NCBI GenBank assembly: GCA_964580775.1
Contig: CAZOLW010000001.1
Location: 15,021 to 79,020, forward strand
DNA length: 64,000 bases
Direction of reading: 5' to 3'
Source: an uncultured Chitinophagaceae bacterium
Lineage (GTDB): Bacteria > Bacteroidota > Bacteroidia > Chitinophagales > Chitinophagaceae
Both the position numbers and the translations under genes were made by a program. The notes beneath the pieces were generated by a model, which searched no databases, was not told the DNA's origin, and saw nothing but the letters and a program-made list of their open reading frames with translations. This document shows, piece after piece, positions 38,388-49,311 of this stretch. The stretch's first letter is position 1. The number at the start of each line of letters is the position of its first letter.

Positions 38388-38954
38388 ATGAAAAGAAATA
38401 AATTTATCGCCGCACTTGCAGCCATTGCAACAGCTCCCCTTGTCTCTGTTGCTCAACTTCATCAGGTGATTAAAGAAAGAAGGAAAGGCTTTAAAATAAA
38501 TGCAGGTGAAGGAAGAATCCACGGGCATATTAAACTCAAAGGAGTTAACTCGAATGTTCTTGATGTAAAAATTTCAGGAACTGATACTGATGGAGACCTG
38601 GCTATTTTTGAACAAACCTCACTCTCGCAGGGAAAGGGTACACCTTTACACATTCATCCAAACCAGGATGAAGTTTTTTACGTGCTTGAAGGTTCTTATT
38701 ATTTCCAGGTTGGTGATGATAAATTTAAGCTGACTGCAGGCGACAGTATTTTTTTACCACGCAAAGTTGCACATGCATGGACGCAGGCATCTGAAAAAGG
38801 AAAGATGACGGTTATTCTGCAACCGGCAGGTAAGCTGGAAAACTTCTTTGTTACTGTAGCAGCCTTAGATCATGAGCCAACACCCATAGAAATGCAAAAG
38901 ATATTTGCAGATAATGATATGCAGGTTGTTGGGCCTCCATTGAAAATTGACTGA
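38388..38954 (+). CDS. Cupin domain protein (quercetin dioxygenase-like)
   Basis: GTPLHIHPNQDEVFYVLEG and PRKVAHAW; Tat-like MKRNKF leader. Confidence 0.85.
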   Translation: MKRNKFIAALAAIATAPLVSVAQLHQVIKERRKGFKINAGEGRIHGHIKLKGVNSNVLDVKISGTDTDGDLAIFEQTSLSQGKGTPLHIHPNQDEVFYVLEGSYYFQVGDDKFKLTAGDSIFLPRKVAHAWTQASEKGKMTVILQPAGKLENFFVTVAALDHEPTPIEMQKIFADNDMQVVGPPLKID

Positions 38955-39045
38955 CTCTTCTTCCCGGCAGCATCTGCTGAAAGGTATGCTGCATAGAAAC
39001 AATATATCTGCAAAACAGTTAAGTTTGCAGCCTGCAAATAAAACT

Positions 39046-40143
39046 ATGCTGCTAACAATCTACTTTCTCGTACTCCTGTTTCTTTTTGTATTTATTTTTC
39101 TGCAGCTTCCGCAGTTTGGAAAATTGCCGGGTGGTAAGCGGCTGGAAAAGATCAGGCAGTCACCCAACTATAAAAACGGGTCTTTTCAAAATCTCCGTCA
39201 CACTCCAAGCTTAACGGAAGGTGCGAGTTATTCAAAAGTGTTGAAGCAATTCTTTTTTGAAAAGAAAGAAAGGCGTTTACCTCTTGATATCATCCCTTCT
39301 GTAAAAACCAATTTAAAAAACTTAAACAGTACGGAAGATGTGCTGGTATGGTTTGGTCATTCTTCCTACTTTATGCAGATAGAAGGAAAGCGCATACTGG
39401 TTGATCCGGTGTTCAGCGGTTCTGCTTCTCCCCTTCCTGTGGGAACAAAAGCGTTCAGGGGAACAGATATTTATACAGCAGCAGATATTCCGGAGATTGA
39501 TTATTTGTTTATTACGCATGATCACTGGGATCATCTTGATTACACAACCATTCAGCAGTTGAAACCAAAAATCAAAACGGTTATCTGCGGACTTGGCGTG
39601 GGCGAACATTTTGAACACTGGGGTTATGATACATCGATCATTATTGAAAAAGACTGGAACGAAGAATTTATACCTGACAATGGTTTTATCATAAACACTT
39701 TTCCTGCAAGACATTTTTCGGGAAGAGGGCTTGCCAGGAACAAAGCTCTCTGGCTTTCCTATATTCTGAAAACAGAAACACTGAACATTTTTATTGGAGG
39801 CGACAGTGGTTATGATACACACTTTGCAGAAGCAGGTGAACAATTCGGGCCCTTTGATTTAGCGATTCTTGAAAACGGGCAGTACGATGACAAATGGCGC
39901 TATATTCATTTACTGCCCAATGAAATTTTACAGGCAGCAAAAGAATTAAAGGCAAAAAAAATATTCCCTGTTCATTCGTCTAAGTTTGCGTTGGGCAATC
40001 ATGAATGGGATGAACCGCTGGAAAAAATTATTCAAAACAATGCAGCAGAAAAACTTGCTGTAATAACCCCCATGATTGGCGAAAAAGTAATGCTGAAACA
40101 AAACGATCAGTCTTTTACGCACTGGTGGAAGAATGTGCGTTAA
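39046..40143 (+). CDS. MBL-fold metallo-hydrolase (RomA/NAPE-PLD-like)
   Basis: WFGHSS, THDHWDHLD, PARHFSGR and GGDSGY; start placed at MLLTIY. Confidence 0.9.
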   Translation: MLLTIYFLVLLFLFVFIFLQLPQFGKLPGGKRLEKIRQSPNYKNGSFQNLRHTPSLTEGASYSKVLKQFFFEKKERRLPLDIIPSVKTNLKNLNSTEDVLVWFGHSSYFMQIEGKRILVDPVFSGSASPLPVGTKAFRGTDIYTAADIPEIDYLFITHDHWDHLDYTTIQQLKPKIKTVICGLGVGEHFEHWGYDTSIIIEKDWNEEFIPDNGFIINTFPARHFSGRGLARNKALWLSYILKTETLNIFIGGDSGYDTHFAEAGEQFGPFDLAILENGQYDDKWRYIHLLPNEILQAAKELKAKKIFPVHSSKFALGNHEWDEPLEKIIQNNAAEKLAVITPMIGEKVMLKQNDQSFTHWWKNVR

Positions 40144-40212
40144 CAGGAAGTAGAAATACAAAGAGGGTTTGGTTGGCCATACTTAAAAATTCAGAATCAT
40201 AATTTACTTATT

Positions 40213-40695
40213 ATGTTTTTACGTATTGAAACAATCTCCGAAAAAAAATTAGCAGGCAAAAGTCTGAAGATGTCTTTTGTGAATAACAGAACAGGAGAAC
40301 TTTGGAAAAGCTTTATGCCCTTGCGGAAAACAATTCAGCAACAGGTATCCACCAATTTATTTTCTGTACAGCAGTATGCTGAAGTATTCAACATTCAGCA
40401 GTTGAATCCCCACCTGGAGTTTATGAAATGGGCAGCAGTTGAGGTAAGCAGCTTCAGTGTTCTTCCTGATGGCATTGAACCGTTTATACTGCCCGGAGGA
40501 TTGTATGCGGTTTTTTTACACAAAGGTGATGCTGCTGATAACAAAACATTTCAATACATTTTCCAGGAATGGATCCCGGCTTCTGCTTATGTACCCGATA
40601 ACCGTCCGCATTTTGAACTGCTTGGCGAAAAATATAAAAACGATCATCCCGATTCAGAAGAAGAAATCTGGATTCCCATCAAAGCAAAATTGTAA
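40213..40695 (+). CDS. GyrI-like small-molecule-binding protein
   Basis: GGLYAVFLHKG, DNRPHFE and EEEIWIPI. Confidence 0.88.
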   Translation: MFLRIETISEKKLAGKSLKMSFVNNRTGELWKSFMPLRKTIQQQVSTNLFSVQQYAEVFNIQQLNPHLEFMKWAAVEVSSFSVLPDGIEPFILPGGLYAVFLHKGDAADNKTFQYIFQEWIPASAYVPDNRPHFELLGEKYKNDHPDSEEEIWIPIKAKL

Positions 40696-40761
40696 CCCTG
40701 CATCACTGCCCTGCTTTTCTCCGTACCTTGTATGAAGCTTCTTCATTAAAAATTTTATGCC

Positions 40762-41013
40762 ATGAAAGCAGATCATGCTACTGAACCGGTTGAAATTTAT
40801 GCAGGCGATATGATGCAGGCAGGTTTACTCAAAAGTTTGCTTGAAAATGCAGAGATAAAAGCTTACCTCAAAGATGAAATTATGGGTACTTTAAATGCAT
40901 GGGTTGCATCACCCGGTGGAGCAGGTGCAATAAAAGTACTTGTTGCAGGTGAGGATGAAGAAAGAGCAAAGGCAGTTGTGGAAGAATTTGAAAAGAACAC
41001 GAAGTACGAATAA
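40762..41013 (+). CDS. DUF2007 putative signal-transducing protein
   Basis: AGLLKSLLENAEI...IKVLV pattern. Confidence 0.75.
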   Translation: MKADHATEPVEIYAGDMMQAGLLKSLLENAEIKAYLKDEIMGTLNAWVASPGGAGAIKVLVAGEDEERAKAVVEEFEKNTKYE

Positions 41014-41222
41014 ATAAATTCCACTTTCTTTCAAACAATAACTTCAACCATAGTCCGGTAACAGTTATCCGGCTTTTGGAATTGTATTCGGATTATACTG
41101 GTTTTATATTACTGCTGCCAATTACATTTCACAAAGCTCAATTTACCTGTAACTGACAAACAGTTTATCAGCAAACTTAGCTTTGGCACGATTTTTTGAC
41201 TCTCCTGTTAAAATATAACAAC

Positions 41223-41735
41223 ATGAAAAAAACAATCCTTGCCTTTGCCGTACTTTTACTTACATCAGCTGTCGTATTTACAGCCTGCAAAAAAAATAAG
41301 GAAACAACCAAACTGGATATCCAGTTAACAGACAATCCTTATAATGCGCAGGAGGTGAATGTGGACATTAAAGAAGTCCGTGTCAACTTCAGCGATGATT
41401 CAAGTGGCTGGGTAACCCTGAATACGTATGCAGGTGTTTACAACCTGCTTGGCTTACAAAACGGTCTGGATACATTGATTGCATCGGCCATTGTTACAAC
41501 AGGTACAGTAAAAGAAATCCGTTTTGTATTAGGCAGTAATAACAGTATTAAAATCAATAATGTGGTATATCCTTTAACAATACCCAGCGGCAGTGAAAGT
41601 GGGCTGAAAATAAAAGTGAACAAAAGACTGGCCGTTGGTTTTGATTCCTTACTCATTGACTTTGATGCAGCGCTTTCCATTTTCCAGAATGGAACTGCAG
41701 ACTTTCACTTAAAACCTGTGTTGAAACTGAAATAA
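41223..41735 (+). CDS. DUF4382 domain lipoprotein
   Basis: FTAC lipobox; LTDNP...VNVDI; PSGSESGLKI; IDFDAALS. Confidence 0.85.
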   Translation: MKKTILAFAVLLLTSAVVFTACKKNKETTKLDIQLTDNPYNAQEVNVDIKEVRVNFSDDSSGWVTLNTYAGVYNLLGLQNGLDTLIASAIVTTGTVKEIRFVLGSNNSIKINNVVYPLTIPSGSESGLKIKVNKRLAVGFDSLLIDFDAALSIFQNGTADFHLKPVLKLK

Positions 41736-42072
41736 GAAGATCCTTACTGAAGATAAATGAAGCGATGCCGCATGGTGTCGCTTTTTTTGTTGTTTGCCAC
41801 CTGCTTTAGCTTCATGCAGCTTACAAACAATACAGCAGGATTTTTGCTGATCATACTCACGCTCATTCATTTGTTCTGATTTTTTCACAGAATGATGAAG
41901 ATCATTGAAAGCTCTCCATTTTTCAGTTACCTTTAGAACAAACTTTGATATCTGCATCCGATATCTGCAATTATCCTGCCCCGGCAAACTTATTTAATGG
42001 CAGCCGTTCATTCGTCCTTATTGCAAAGCCACTAAAAAACAGGATGATCATATTAACCGAAAGCTGTTAACG

Positions 42073-42633
42073 TTGAAACTCTACATAAAATACATGGTCA
42101 GCATCCGTTGCAAAATGATTGTAAAGGAGGAATTGGCAAAGCTTGGCCTGCATTATATATTTGTTGAACTGGGTGTGGTGGATATTAAGGAAGAGCTTAC
42201 TGCTGAACAGCTTGAACAATTCAGGGCCGGTTTACTGAAATCGGGGCTTGAGCTGATGGAAGACCATAAAGCACAACTGATTGAAAAGATCAAGAACGTA
42301 ATTGTGGAAATGATTCATTATGCTGATGAACTGCCCAGGATAAAAAACTCAGACTATATCAGCCAGAAGCTGAATCATGATTATACCTATCTCGCCAACC
42401 TGTTTTCAGAATCAACAGGTACAACCATTGAACACTACATCATTGCACATAAAATAGAAAAAGTAAAGGAACTGCTTTTATACGATGAACTCAATCTTAC
42501 CGAAATATCTTACCGGCTCAATTACAGCAGTGTAGCTCATTTATCGAACCAGTTTAAGAAAGTAACCGGTCTTACCCCCACCTTCTTTAAACAGCTCCAG
42601 GAGAAAAGACGTGTCACACTCGAAGATGTGTGA
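42073..42633 (+). CDS. AraC-family regulator 1 (short N-terminal domain + HTH_18)
   Basis: TTG start; IKYMVSIRC N-terminus; HDYTYLANLFSE and YSSVAHLSNQFKKVTGLTP. Confidence 0.92.
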   Translation: MKLYIKYMVSIRCKMIVKEELAKLGLHYIFVELGVVDIKEELTAEQLEQFRAGLLKSGLELMEDHKAQLIEKIKNVIVEMIHYADELPRIKNSDYISQKLNHDYTYLANLFSESTGTTIEHYIIAHKIEKVKELLLYDELNLTEISYRLNYSSVAHLSNQFKKVTGLTPTFFKQLQEKRRVTLEDV

Positions 42634-42663
42634 ATGATGTAACTTATTTCTGCAATTGTGTAA
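42629..42663 (+). promoter_or_regulatory. 35-bp regulon motif, site 1
   Basis: TGTGAATGATGTAACTTATTTCTGCAATTGTGTAA; -7-like CATCTTTG ends 29 bp later. Confidence 0.8.
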
Positions 42664-42718
42664 GTGCAGCCTTTTGAACAAAGGCATCTTTGTGTATATA
42701 CCCTTTAAAAAAATCAAC

Positions 42719-43327
42719 TTGAAGCTATTTATCAAATACATGGTCAGTAACCGCTGCAAAATGGTTGTAAAGGAAGAGTTGAAAAAACTCGGCCTTCACT
42801 TTGTTGTTGTTGACCTGGGCGAAGTGGATATCATGGAAACTATTGCCCCCGAACAGCGGATTGAGCTGAAAGAAGCCTTACTTGCTTCCGGCCTTGAACT
42901 GATGGATGATAAACGGTCCATGCTGATTGAAAAAATTAAGAATGCCATCGTTGAAATGGTTCACTATTCAGACGAACAGATTAAAATCAATTTTTCAGAT
43001 TTTCTGAGCAGTAAATTAAATCACGACTATACTTACCTTGCCAACCTGTTTTCAGAAGTACAGGGCACTACCATTGAGCAGTTCATCATCAACCATAAAA
43101 TTGAACGCATTAAAGAACTCATTATTTATGGCGAACTGAACATTACAGAAATAGCCTGGAAAATGAATTACAGCAGTGTGGCGCATTTATCGAACCAGTT
43201 TAAAAAGAATACGGGGCTCACACCTTCGCATTTTAAACAAATGAAAGATAAACGGAGAAGTCCGCTTGAAGAAATAGGGAACCAACCTGAAATAAACGGG
43301 ATCAAAAAAACTCCCTTCGTTTTGTAA
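42719..43327 (+). CDS. AraC-family regulator 2 (paralogue of regulator 1)
   Basis: TTG start at 42719 aligns with regulator 1; the two HTH recognition segments are identical. Confidence 0.92.
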   Translation: MKLFIKYMVSNRCKMVVKEELKKLGLHFVVVDLGEVDIMETIAPEQRIELKEALLASGLELMDDKRSMLIEKIKNAIVEMVHYSDEQIKINFSDFLSSKLNHDYTYLANLFSEVQGTTIEQFIINHKIERIKELIIYGELNITEIAWKMNYSSVAHLSNQFKKNTGLTPSHFKQMKDKRRSPLEEIGNQPEINGIKKTPFVL

Positions 43328-43389
43328 TTGTGAATGATCTAAAATAAAGTAATCAGTATAAAAATAATTGAACCCATACTTAAATTAAC

Positions 43390-46300
43390 GTGAATACAGG
43401 CAACCCAATAAATGAAAAATTGGCCAAATCAACCAACCTCTTCCCCGTGGTTGGCATTGGTGCGTCGGCAGGCGGACTCGGTGCTTTTAAAAAATTATTG
43501 AAAGCCATACCGGAAAATTCGGGCATGGCTTATGTGCTGGTACAGCATCTTGACCCCAACCACGAAAGCCTGTTACCCGAAATACTGCAAAAAGTTACCC
43601 GTATACCGGTATTAGAAATTACGGATGATATTAAAGTGATGCCTGATCACATTTATGTTATCCCCAGCAATAAAATGATGATGGCTACGGATGGCATTTT
43701 AATGCTTGCCCCCAGGCCTGCAAAAAGTAAAACCGAACGCAACCTGCCTATTGACCTTTTCTTTGCTTCGCTGGCTGAAGTGCATCAGGAACATGCCATA
43801 GGAGTTGTGTTATCGGGCACTGCATCTGATGGCACACTGGGATTAAAAGCCATTAAAGAACAGGGAGGCATCACTTTTGCGCAGGACGAAGCATCGGCAG
43901 AATATGAAAGCATGCCCCATAGTGCTGTAGAGGCAGGTGTGGTAGATTTTATTTTGCCACCGGAAGATATACCGAAAAAACTGCTGGAAGTAACCAGTAA
44001 AACAATACTGAGTGATGAAGCACTGCAAAACATTCCAAAGCAGGATGAAGATGTTTTTAAACAGATCCTTTCATTGCTGCGCATCCGCAAAGGGGTTGAT
44101 TTTACGTATTACAAACAAACTACCATACGCCGCAGAATATTACGCAGGATGGTGGTAAATAAAAACGAAGAACCGGCCGACTATCTCAAATTTTTAAGAG
44201 CAAACGCAGCCGAGCAGGATTTGCTGTACCAGGATATGCTGATACCGGTAACATCCTTTTTTCGTGATAAAAAAACCTTTGAGAATTTATGCAACCATGT
44301 TTTTCCTGCTATTTTAAAAAATAAAATCCCCGGCGAAATAACACGGATATGGGTTGCGGGCTGCAGTACGGGCCAGGAAGTGTACTCTTTTGCAATATGC
44401 TTTAAAGAATTTTTAGGCGATGCGCATGAAAAAATACAGATTTTTGGCACCGACCTCAGCGAACCGGCCATTACAAAAGCCCGTAGCGGCATGTATGAAA
44501 AAAGTGAAGTAGAAGATTCCGTGTCGCCACAGCGCCTGAAGGAGTATTTCACAAAAAACAGTGGCGGTTACCAGGTAAATAAAAGCATCCGGGATATGTG
44601 TGTGTTTGCCCACCACAATTTTTTAAAGGACCCGCCCTTTGGCAAGATGGATTGTATAAGCTGCCGCAATGTGCTTATTTATATGGAGCCTTACCTGCAA
44701 AAAAAGGCGTTAACTACTTTTCATTATGCACTGAACCCTAAAGGATTTTTATTACTCGGCAAATCAGAAACTACCGGCGGTGTACCCGATCTGTTTGCTG
44801 CTGTAGAAAAAAATGACAAGCTATACACCCGTAAAGATGTGCCCGGCAGGTTTATACAGGTAACAAGCCAGCGAAGCGAACAAATTTTGAGAAATGTAAA
44901 TGTCTCTTCCAAAAGTGAGAACATCCGTACTGACTTTCAAAAAACAGCTGATGATATTTTGCTTACGAAGTATACCCCGGCCGGTGTAATAGTAAATGAA
45001 GCCATGGACATTGTTCATTTTCGTGGTAACTCAGCAAACTATTTAGAACAGGCCCCCGGCAAACCCAGCCATAATTTATTATTGATGGCAAAAAACGGTT
45101 TAGGTTTTGAGCTGCGCAATATTTTGCACAAAGCAAAAACTGATAAGCTACCGGTGGTAAAAGAAAATATTCCACTGAGTGTAAATGGCAACCTGCGCAA
45201 TATTTCTATTGAAGCAATTCCGCTGCCCAACACATTGGAGCCGTATTATTTGATCCTCTTTCACGATAATAATTTAACTGATACCGATGGATCGGTCATA
45301 AGCAATAAGAAAAAAGTTTCGTCTAAAACAAAAAAAGACGAAACAGATATTCGCATACAACTGTTAGAACAGGAACTGGCACAGGCCCGTGAAGATATGC
45401 GGAGTATTACAGAAGACCAGGAAGCAAGCAACGAAGAACTGCAAAGTGCCAACGAGGAACTGCTTAGTGGCAGCGAAGAATTGCAGAGCCTGAACGAAGA
45501 ACTGGAAACCAGCAAGGAAGAATTGCAAAGTACCAACGAAGAACTCACCGTTTTAAATCATGAATTAGTTAACCTGAACGAGCAGGTTACAGATGCAAGA
45601 AATTATTCCGAATCCATCGTGGCCACCCTTTATCAACCGCTGCTGGTGCTGGATAAACACCTGCGGGTAAAAACGGCCAACAAGGCTTTTTATAAAACAT
45701 TTCAAGTAAATGAACAGGAAACAGAAGGTGTGTTGGTGTACGACCTTGGTAACCGGCAATGGAATATCCCCGAACTGCGGAACATGCTGGAAGAAATTTT
45801 GCCGCAAAAAACACAGGTCACCAATTTTGAAGTAACACACAACTTTTCATCAATTGGAGAAAGAGTAATTCTATTGAGTGCCCTGGAATTAAGAAGAGAG
45901 AAAAAGGAAGAAAAACTGATCCTTCTCTCCATTGAGGATATTACCGAACGGAAAAAATCGGAAGTAATCATAAAAAAAAGCAGTGAGCACTTCAGGCGGC
46001 TTGTTAAGGATCTGCCGGCGGCAGTTTATTCCTGCGATCAAACTGGCCTTATAAATTTTTATAACGATGCTGCTGTAAAAATATGGGGCCGCAAGCCCGA
46101 AATTGGAAAAGAGCTTTGGAGTGGTTCGTATAAAATGTTTACACCCGATGGTTCAGTATTAGCTCCGGAAAAAAGTCCCATGGCAATGGCGTTGAAAGAA
46201 GCCCGTTTTATTCCCGGTGAAGAAATTATTATTGAACGGCCCGATGGCAGCCGTTCTTTTGTACGTGTATATCCACAACCTGAATTTAATGCGTCAGGTG

Positions 46301-49218
46301 AATTAATCGGTGCAATCAATATGGGTTTTGATGTTACCGAACAGGTGATTGCCCGGAAAAAAATAGAAGAAAGCGAAACAAAGTTTCGAACCCTGCTTGA
46401 AGATGCACCTGTAGCAACCTGCTTATTTGCCGGAAGAGAAATGATTATAGAAATGGCCAATGAACTGATGATAGGTTATTGGGGTAAAGATAAAAATGTA
46501 ATAGGAAAACCATTAAAAGATGCTGTTCCGGAATTAAGAGAGCAGCCATTTCTTAACATATTAGATGAGGTATTTACAACAGGCAAAACCTACGAGGCGA
46601 AGAATGAACTTGCACAACTTGTGGTAAACGGTGTATCAGGCAATTACTATTTTGATTATACGTATAAACCCATTCACAATGCTTCAGGCGAAGTGTATGG
46701 CATTATTAATATGGCAGTAGATGTAACAGAGCAGGTAATTGCCCGCAAAAAAATTGAAGAAAGTGAAAAACAATTCAGGTTGATGGCAGAATTGATGCCG
46801 CAAAAAGTATGGACCACTGATGCAGAAGGAAACAAAAACTATTTCAATCAAACATTGCTTGACTATGCAGGTTATACATTTGAAGAATTAAAAGGCGATG
46901 GATGGTCAAAAATTATTCATCCGGAAGATTGGGAAAAGAATAAAATACCATGGGAAGAATCCGTGAGAACAGGAAAGGATTATGAAGCAGAAAACAGGCT
47001 GCTCCGTAAAGACGGAATCTACTTATGGCATCTTACAAGAGCAGTTGCTTTAAAAGATGATGATGGCAACATAAAAATGTGGGTAGGTTCTAAAACTGAA
47101 ATACAGGAGCAACGTGAACAGAAAGAAGAATTGGAAAGATCAGTAGCAGAGCGAACACATGAATTACGAAAAGCGAATCTTGAGCTGGAAGAAAAACACC
47201 ATGAATTGTTTATCACCAAGGAAAAATTGCTTACTGAATATTCACGCAGTTTAATTGAAGCCAGTCTCGATCCGCTTGTTACCATCAACCCGGAAGGAAA
47301 GATCACTGATATGAATCTTGCCACAGAGAAAATAACCGGTCTGTCGAAGGAAAAACTGATTGGCTCTGATTTCTTTACTTATTTTACTGAACCCGAAAAA
47401 GCAAGTAAAGTATACGAAGAAGTATTTCAAAAAGGATCGGTTATAAACGCTCCTCTTATTCTCCGTCATGCAGATGGAACATTGACTGATGTACTTTTAA
47501 ATGGGTCGGTTTATAAAGATGGCAAAAATAATGTACTGGGCGTGGTGCTGGTTGCAAGGGATGTTACCGATGAAAAAAGAATTGAAAGGGAATTAACAGA
47601 GGCCATTGTATTTGCCGAACTGGCAACGGGGCTTGCAGAAGATGCAAAAATGAAAGCAGAAAATGCTGCACTGATTGCTGAGGATGCGGTAAAAGCAAAA
47701 CAGCAGTTTTTAAGCAATATGAGTCATGAAATACGCACACCAATGAATGCAATCATTGGCTTTACAAAAGTGGTATTGAAAACAGATCTTACTGCCAAAC
47801 AACGGGAATATTTAACGGCCATAAAACTCAGTGGTAATTCATTAATTGTTCTCATCAATGATATTCTTGACCTGGCGAAAGTGGATGCTGGAAAAATGTC
47901 CTTTGAAGAAATCCCCTTTAAACTGTCATCTTCCATCTCAGCCATGATGCATTTGTTTGAAGCCAAGTTCCAGGAAAAGAATTTAGAACTGGTAAAGGAA
48001 TATGATAACAGTATCCCTGATGTATTGCTGGGCGATCCGGTTCGTTTGCACCAGATTATTTTAAACCTGATGAGTAATGCAGTAAAATTTACATCAGCAG
48101 GAAAAATAACAGTGAGCCTTCACCTGCTGCGGGAGGATGAACAAAAGGTTGAGATTGAATTTTCAATTGCTGATACAGGAACAGGAATTCCTGAAAATAA
48201 AACAGAGCAGATCTTCGAAAAATTTCACCAGGCATCGAGTGACACCTCCAGGTTATATGGCGGAACAGGATTAGGGCTTGCCATTGTTAAACAACTGGTG
48301 GAATCGCAGGGAGGAACCATTCGTGTTAAAAGTGAAATGGGTGTTGGTTCTGTGTTCAGTTTTACATTGCCCTTTAAGAAAACAAACCAACCGGTTGAAT
48401 CGGAAATTGAACTGCTGAAATTTGATACTGATAACAAAAACATCAAAGTACTGGTGGTGGAAGATATTGCACTCAACCAGTTACTGATGAAAACATTGCT
48501 GGATGATTTCGGCTTTGAACGGGAGATGGCTGAAAATGGAAAAATTGCCATTGAAAAACTGAAAGCAAAAAACTACGACATTATTCTCATGGATCTGCAA
48601 ATGCCTGAAATGAACGGGTTTGAAGCAACAGAATATATCCGCAAAACCATGAAATCAAAAATTCCCATCATTGCATTAACAGCCGATGTTACAACGGTTG
48701 ACCTGGCAAAATGCAAAGCAGTTGGCATGAACGATTACATTGCCAAGCCCGTTGATGAGCGGTTGCTGTACAGCAAAATAGTGGGACTGGTAAAAAAACC
48801 TCTGCATGAGAAAAAAAATGAAACCCGGAAAACGGTAAAGGCTGATGCTGCAAATACAAAATGCATCAATCTTGATTATTTAAACCAGCGCACAAAATCA
48901 AATCCTGTATTGATGATGGAGATGATTTCGCTGTATTTAGAACAAACCCCTCCCCTTGTGAGCCTGATGAAGCAGAGCTTTCTTGATAATAACAGGGAAC
49001 TGCTGTATGAAGCTGCACATAAAATAATTCCTTCTTTTACCATCATGGGCATCAGTAAAGATTTTGAAACGATGACAAAAAAAATAAAAGACTACGCCCG
49101 CTCACAACAGGAGGCAACTGGAATAAACGAGCTGATACTGCAGGTTGAAAATATTTGTACACAGGCATGTATTGAATTAAAAGAAGAGTACACAGCCATT
49201 AAAAATTATAACACATGA
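43390..49218 (+). CDS. CheB-CheR-PAS(x5)-HisKA-HATPase-REC-HPt hybrid histidine kinase
   Basis: CheB GASAGG/QHLD/SDG triad; CheR GCSTGQE and SCRNVLIY; EELQS coiled coil; multiple PAS; FLSNMSHEIRTP; DLQMP; AAHK HPt. Confidence 0.92.
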   Translation: MNTGNPINEKLAKSTNLFPVVGIGASAGGLGAFKKLLKAIPENSGMAYVLVQHLDPNHESLLPEILQKVTRIPVLEITDDIKVMPDHIYVIPSNKMMMATDGILMLAPRPAKSKTERNLPIDLFFASLAEVHQEHAIGVVLSGTASDGTLGLKAIKEQGGITFAQDEASAEYESMPHSAVEAGVVDFILPPEDIPKKLLEVTSKTILSDEALQNIPKQDEDVFKQILSLLRIRKGVDFTYYKQTTIRRRILRRMVVNKNEEPADYLKFLRANAAEQDLLYQDMLIPVTSFFRDKKTFENLCNHVFPAILKNKIPGEITRIWVAGCSTGQEVYSFAICFKEFLGDAHEKIQIFGTDLSEPAITKARSGMYEKSEVEDSVSPQRLKEYFTKNSGGYQVNKSIRDMCVFAHHNFLKDPPFGKMDCISCRNVLIYMEPYLQKKALTTFHYALNPKGFLLLGKSETTGGVPDLFAAVEKNDKLYTRKDVPGRFIQVTSQRSEQILRNVNVSSKSENIRTDFQKTADDILLTKYTPAGVIVNEAMDIVHFRGNSANYLEQAPGKPSHNLLLMAKNGLGFELRNILHKAKTDKLPVVKENIPLSVNGNLRNISIEAIPLPNTLEPYYLILFHDNNLTDTDGSVISNKKKVSSKTKKDETDIRIQLLEQELAQAREDMRSITEDQEASNEELQSANEELLSGSEELQSLNEELETSKEELQSTNEELTVLNHELVNLNEQVTDARNYSESIVATLYQPLLVLDKHLRVKTANKAFYKTFQVNEQETEGVLVYDLGNRQWNIPELRNMLEEILPQKTQVTNFEVTHNFSSIGERVILLSALELRREKKEEKLILLSIEDITERKKSEVIIKKSSEHFRRLVKDLPAAVYSCDQTGLINFYNDAAVKIWGRKPEIGKELWSGSYKMFTPDGSVLAPEKSPMAMALKEARFIPGEEIIIERPDGSRSFVRVYPQPEFNASGELIGAINMGFDVTEQVIARKKIEESETKFRTLLEDAPVATCLFAGREMIIEMANELMIGYWGKDKNVIGKPLKDAVPELREQPFLNILDEVFTTGKTYEAKNELAQLVVNGVSGNYYFDYTYKPIHNASGEVYGIINMAVDVTEQVIARKKIEESEKQFRLMAELMPQKVWTTDAEGNKNYFNQTLLDYAGYTFEELKGDGWSKIIHPEDWEKNKIPWEESVRTGKDYEAENRLLRKDGIYLWHLTRAVALKDDDGNIKMWVGSKTEIQEQREQKEELERSVAERTHELRKANLELEEKHHELFITKEKLLTEYSRSLIEASLDPLVTINPEGKITDMNLATEKITGLSKEKLIGSDFFTYFTEPEKASKVYEEVFQKGSVINAPLILRHADGTLTDVLLNGSVYKDGKNNVLGVVLVARDVTDEKRIERELTEAIVFAELATGLAEDAKMKAENAALIAEDAVKAKQQFLSNMSHEIRTPMNAIIGFTKVVLKTDLTAKQREYLTAIKLSGNSLIVLINDILDLAKVDAGKMSFEEIPFKLSSSISAMMHLFEAKFQEKNLELVKEYDNSIPDVLLGDPVRLHQIILNLMSNAVKFTSAGKITVSLHLLREDEQKVEIEFSIADTGTGIPENKTEQIFEKFHQASSDTSRLYGGTGLGLAIVKQLVESQGGTIRVKSEMGVGSVFSFTLPFKKTNQPVESEIELLKFDTDNKNIKVLVVEDIALNQLLMKTLLDDFGFEREMAENGKIAIEKLKAKNYDIILMDLQMPEMNGFEATEYIRKTMKSKIPIIALTADVTTVDLAKCKAVGMNDYIAKPVDERLLYSKIVGLVKKPLHEKKNETRKTVKADAANTKCINLDYLNQRTKSNPVLMMEMISLYLEQTPPLVSLMKQSFLDNNRELLYEAAHKIIPSFTIMGISKDFETMTKKIKDYARSQQEATGINELILQVENICTQACIELKEEYTAIKNYNT

Positions 49219-49311
49219 AATATCCATAAAAATTATCAAGCTAATTTACGCAGGCAGCGATGATAATTTTTATGGATATACTATGTGGCCAAAAAAAATA
49301 AAAATGAACAC

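Noticed and set aside
43390-49218. Chemotaxis operon
   Set aside because: CheB and CheR occur only as domains of a hybrid kinase; no MCP, CheA or CheW.
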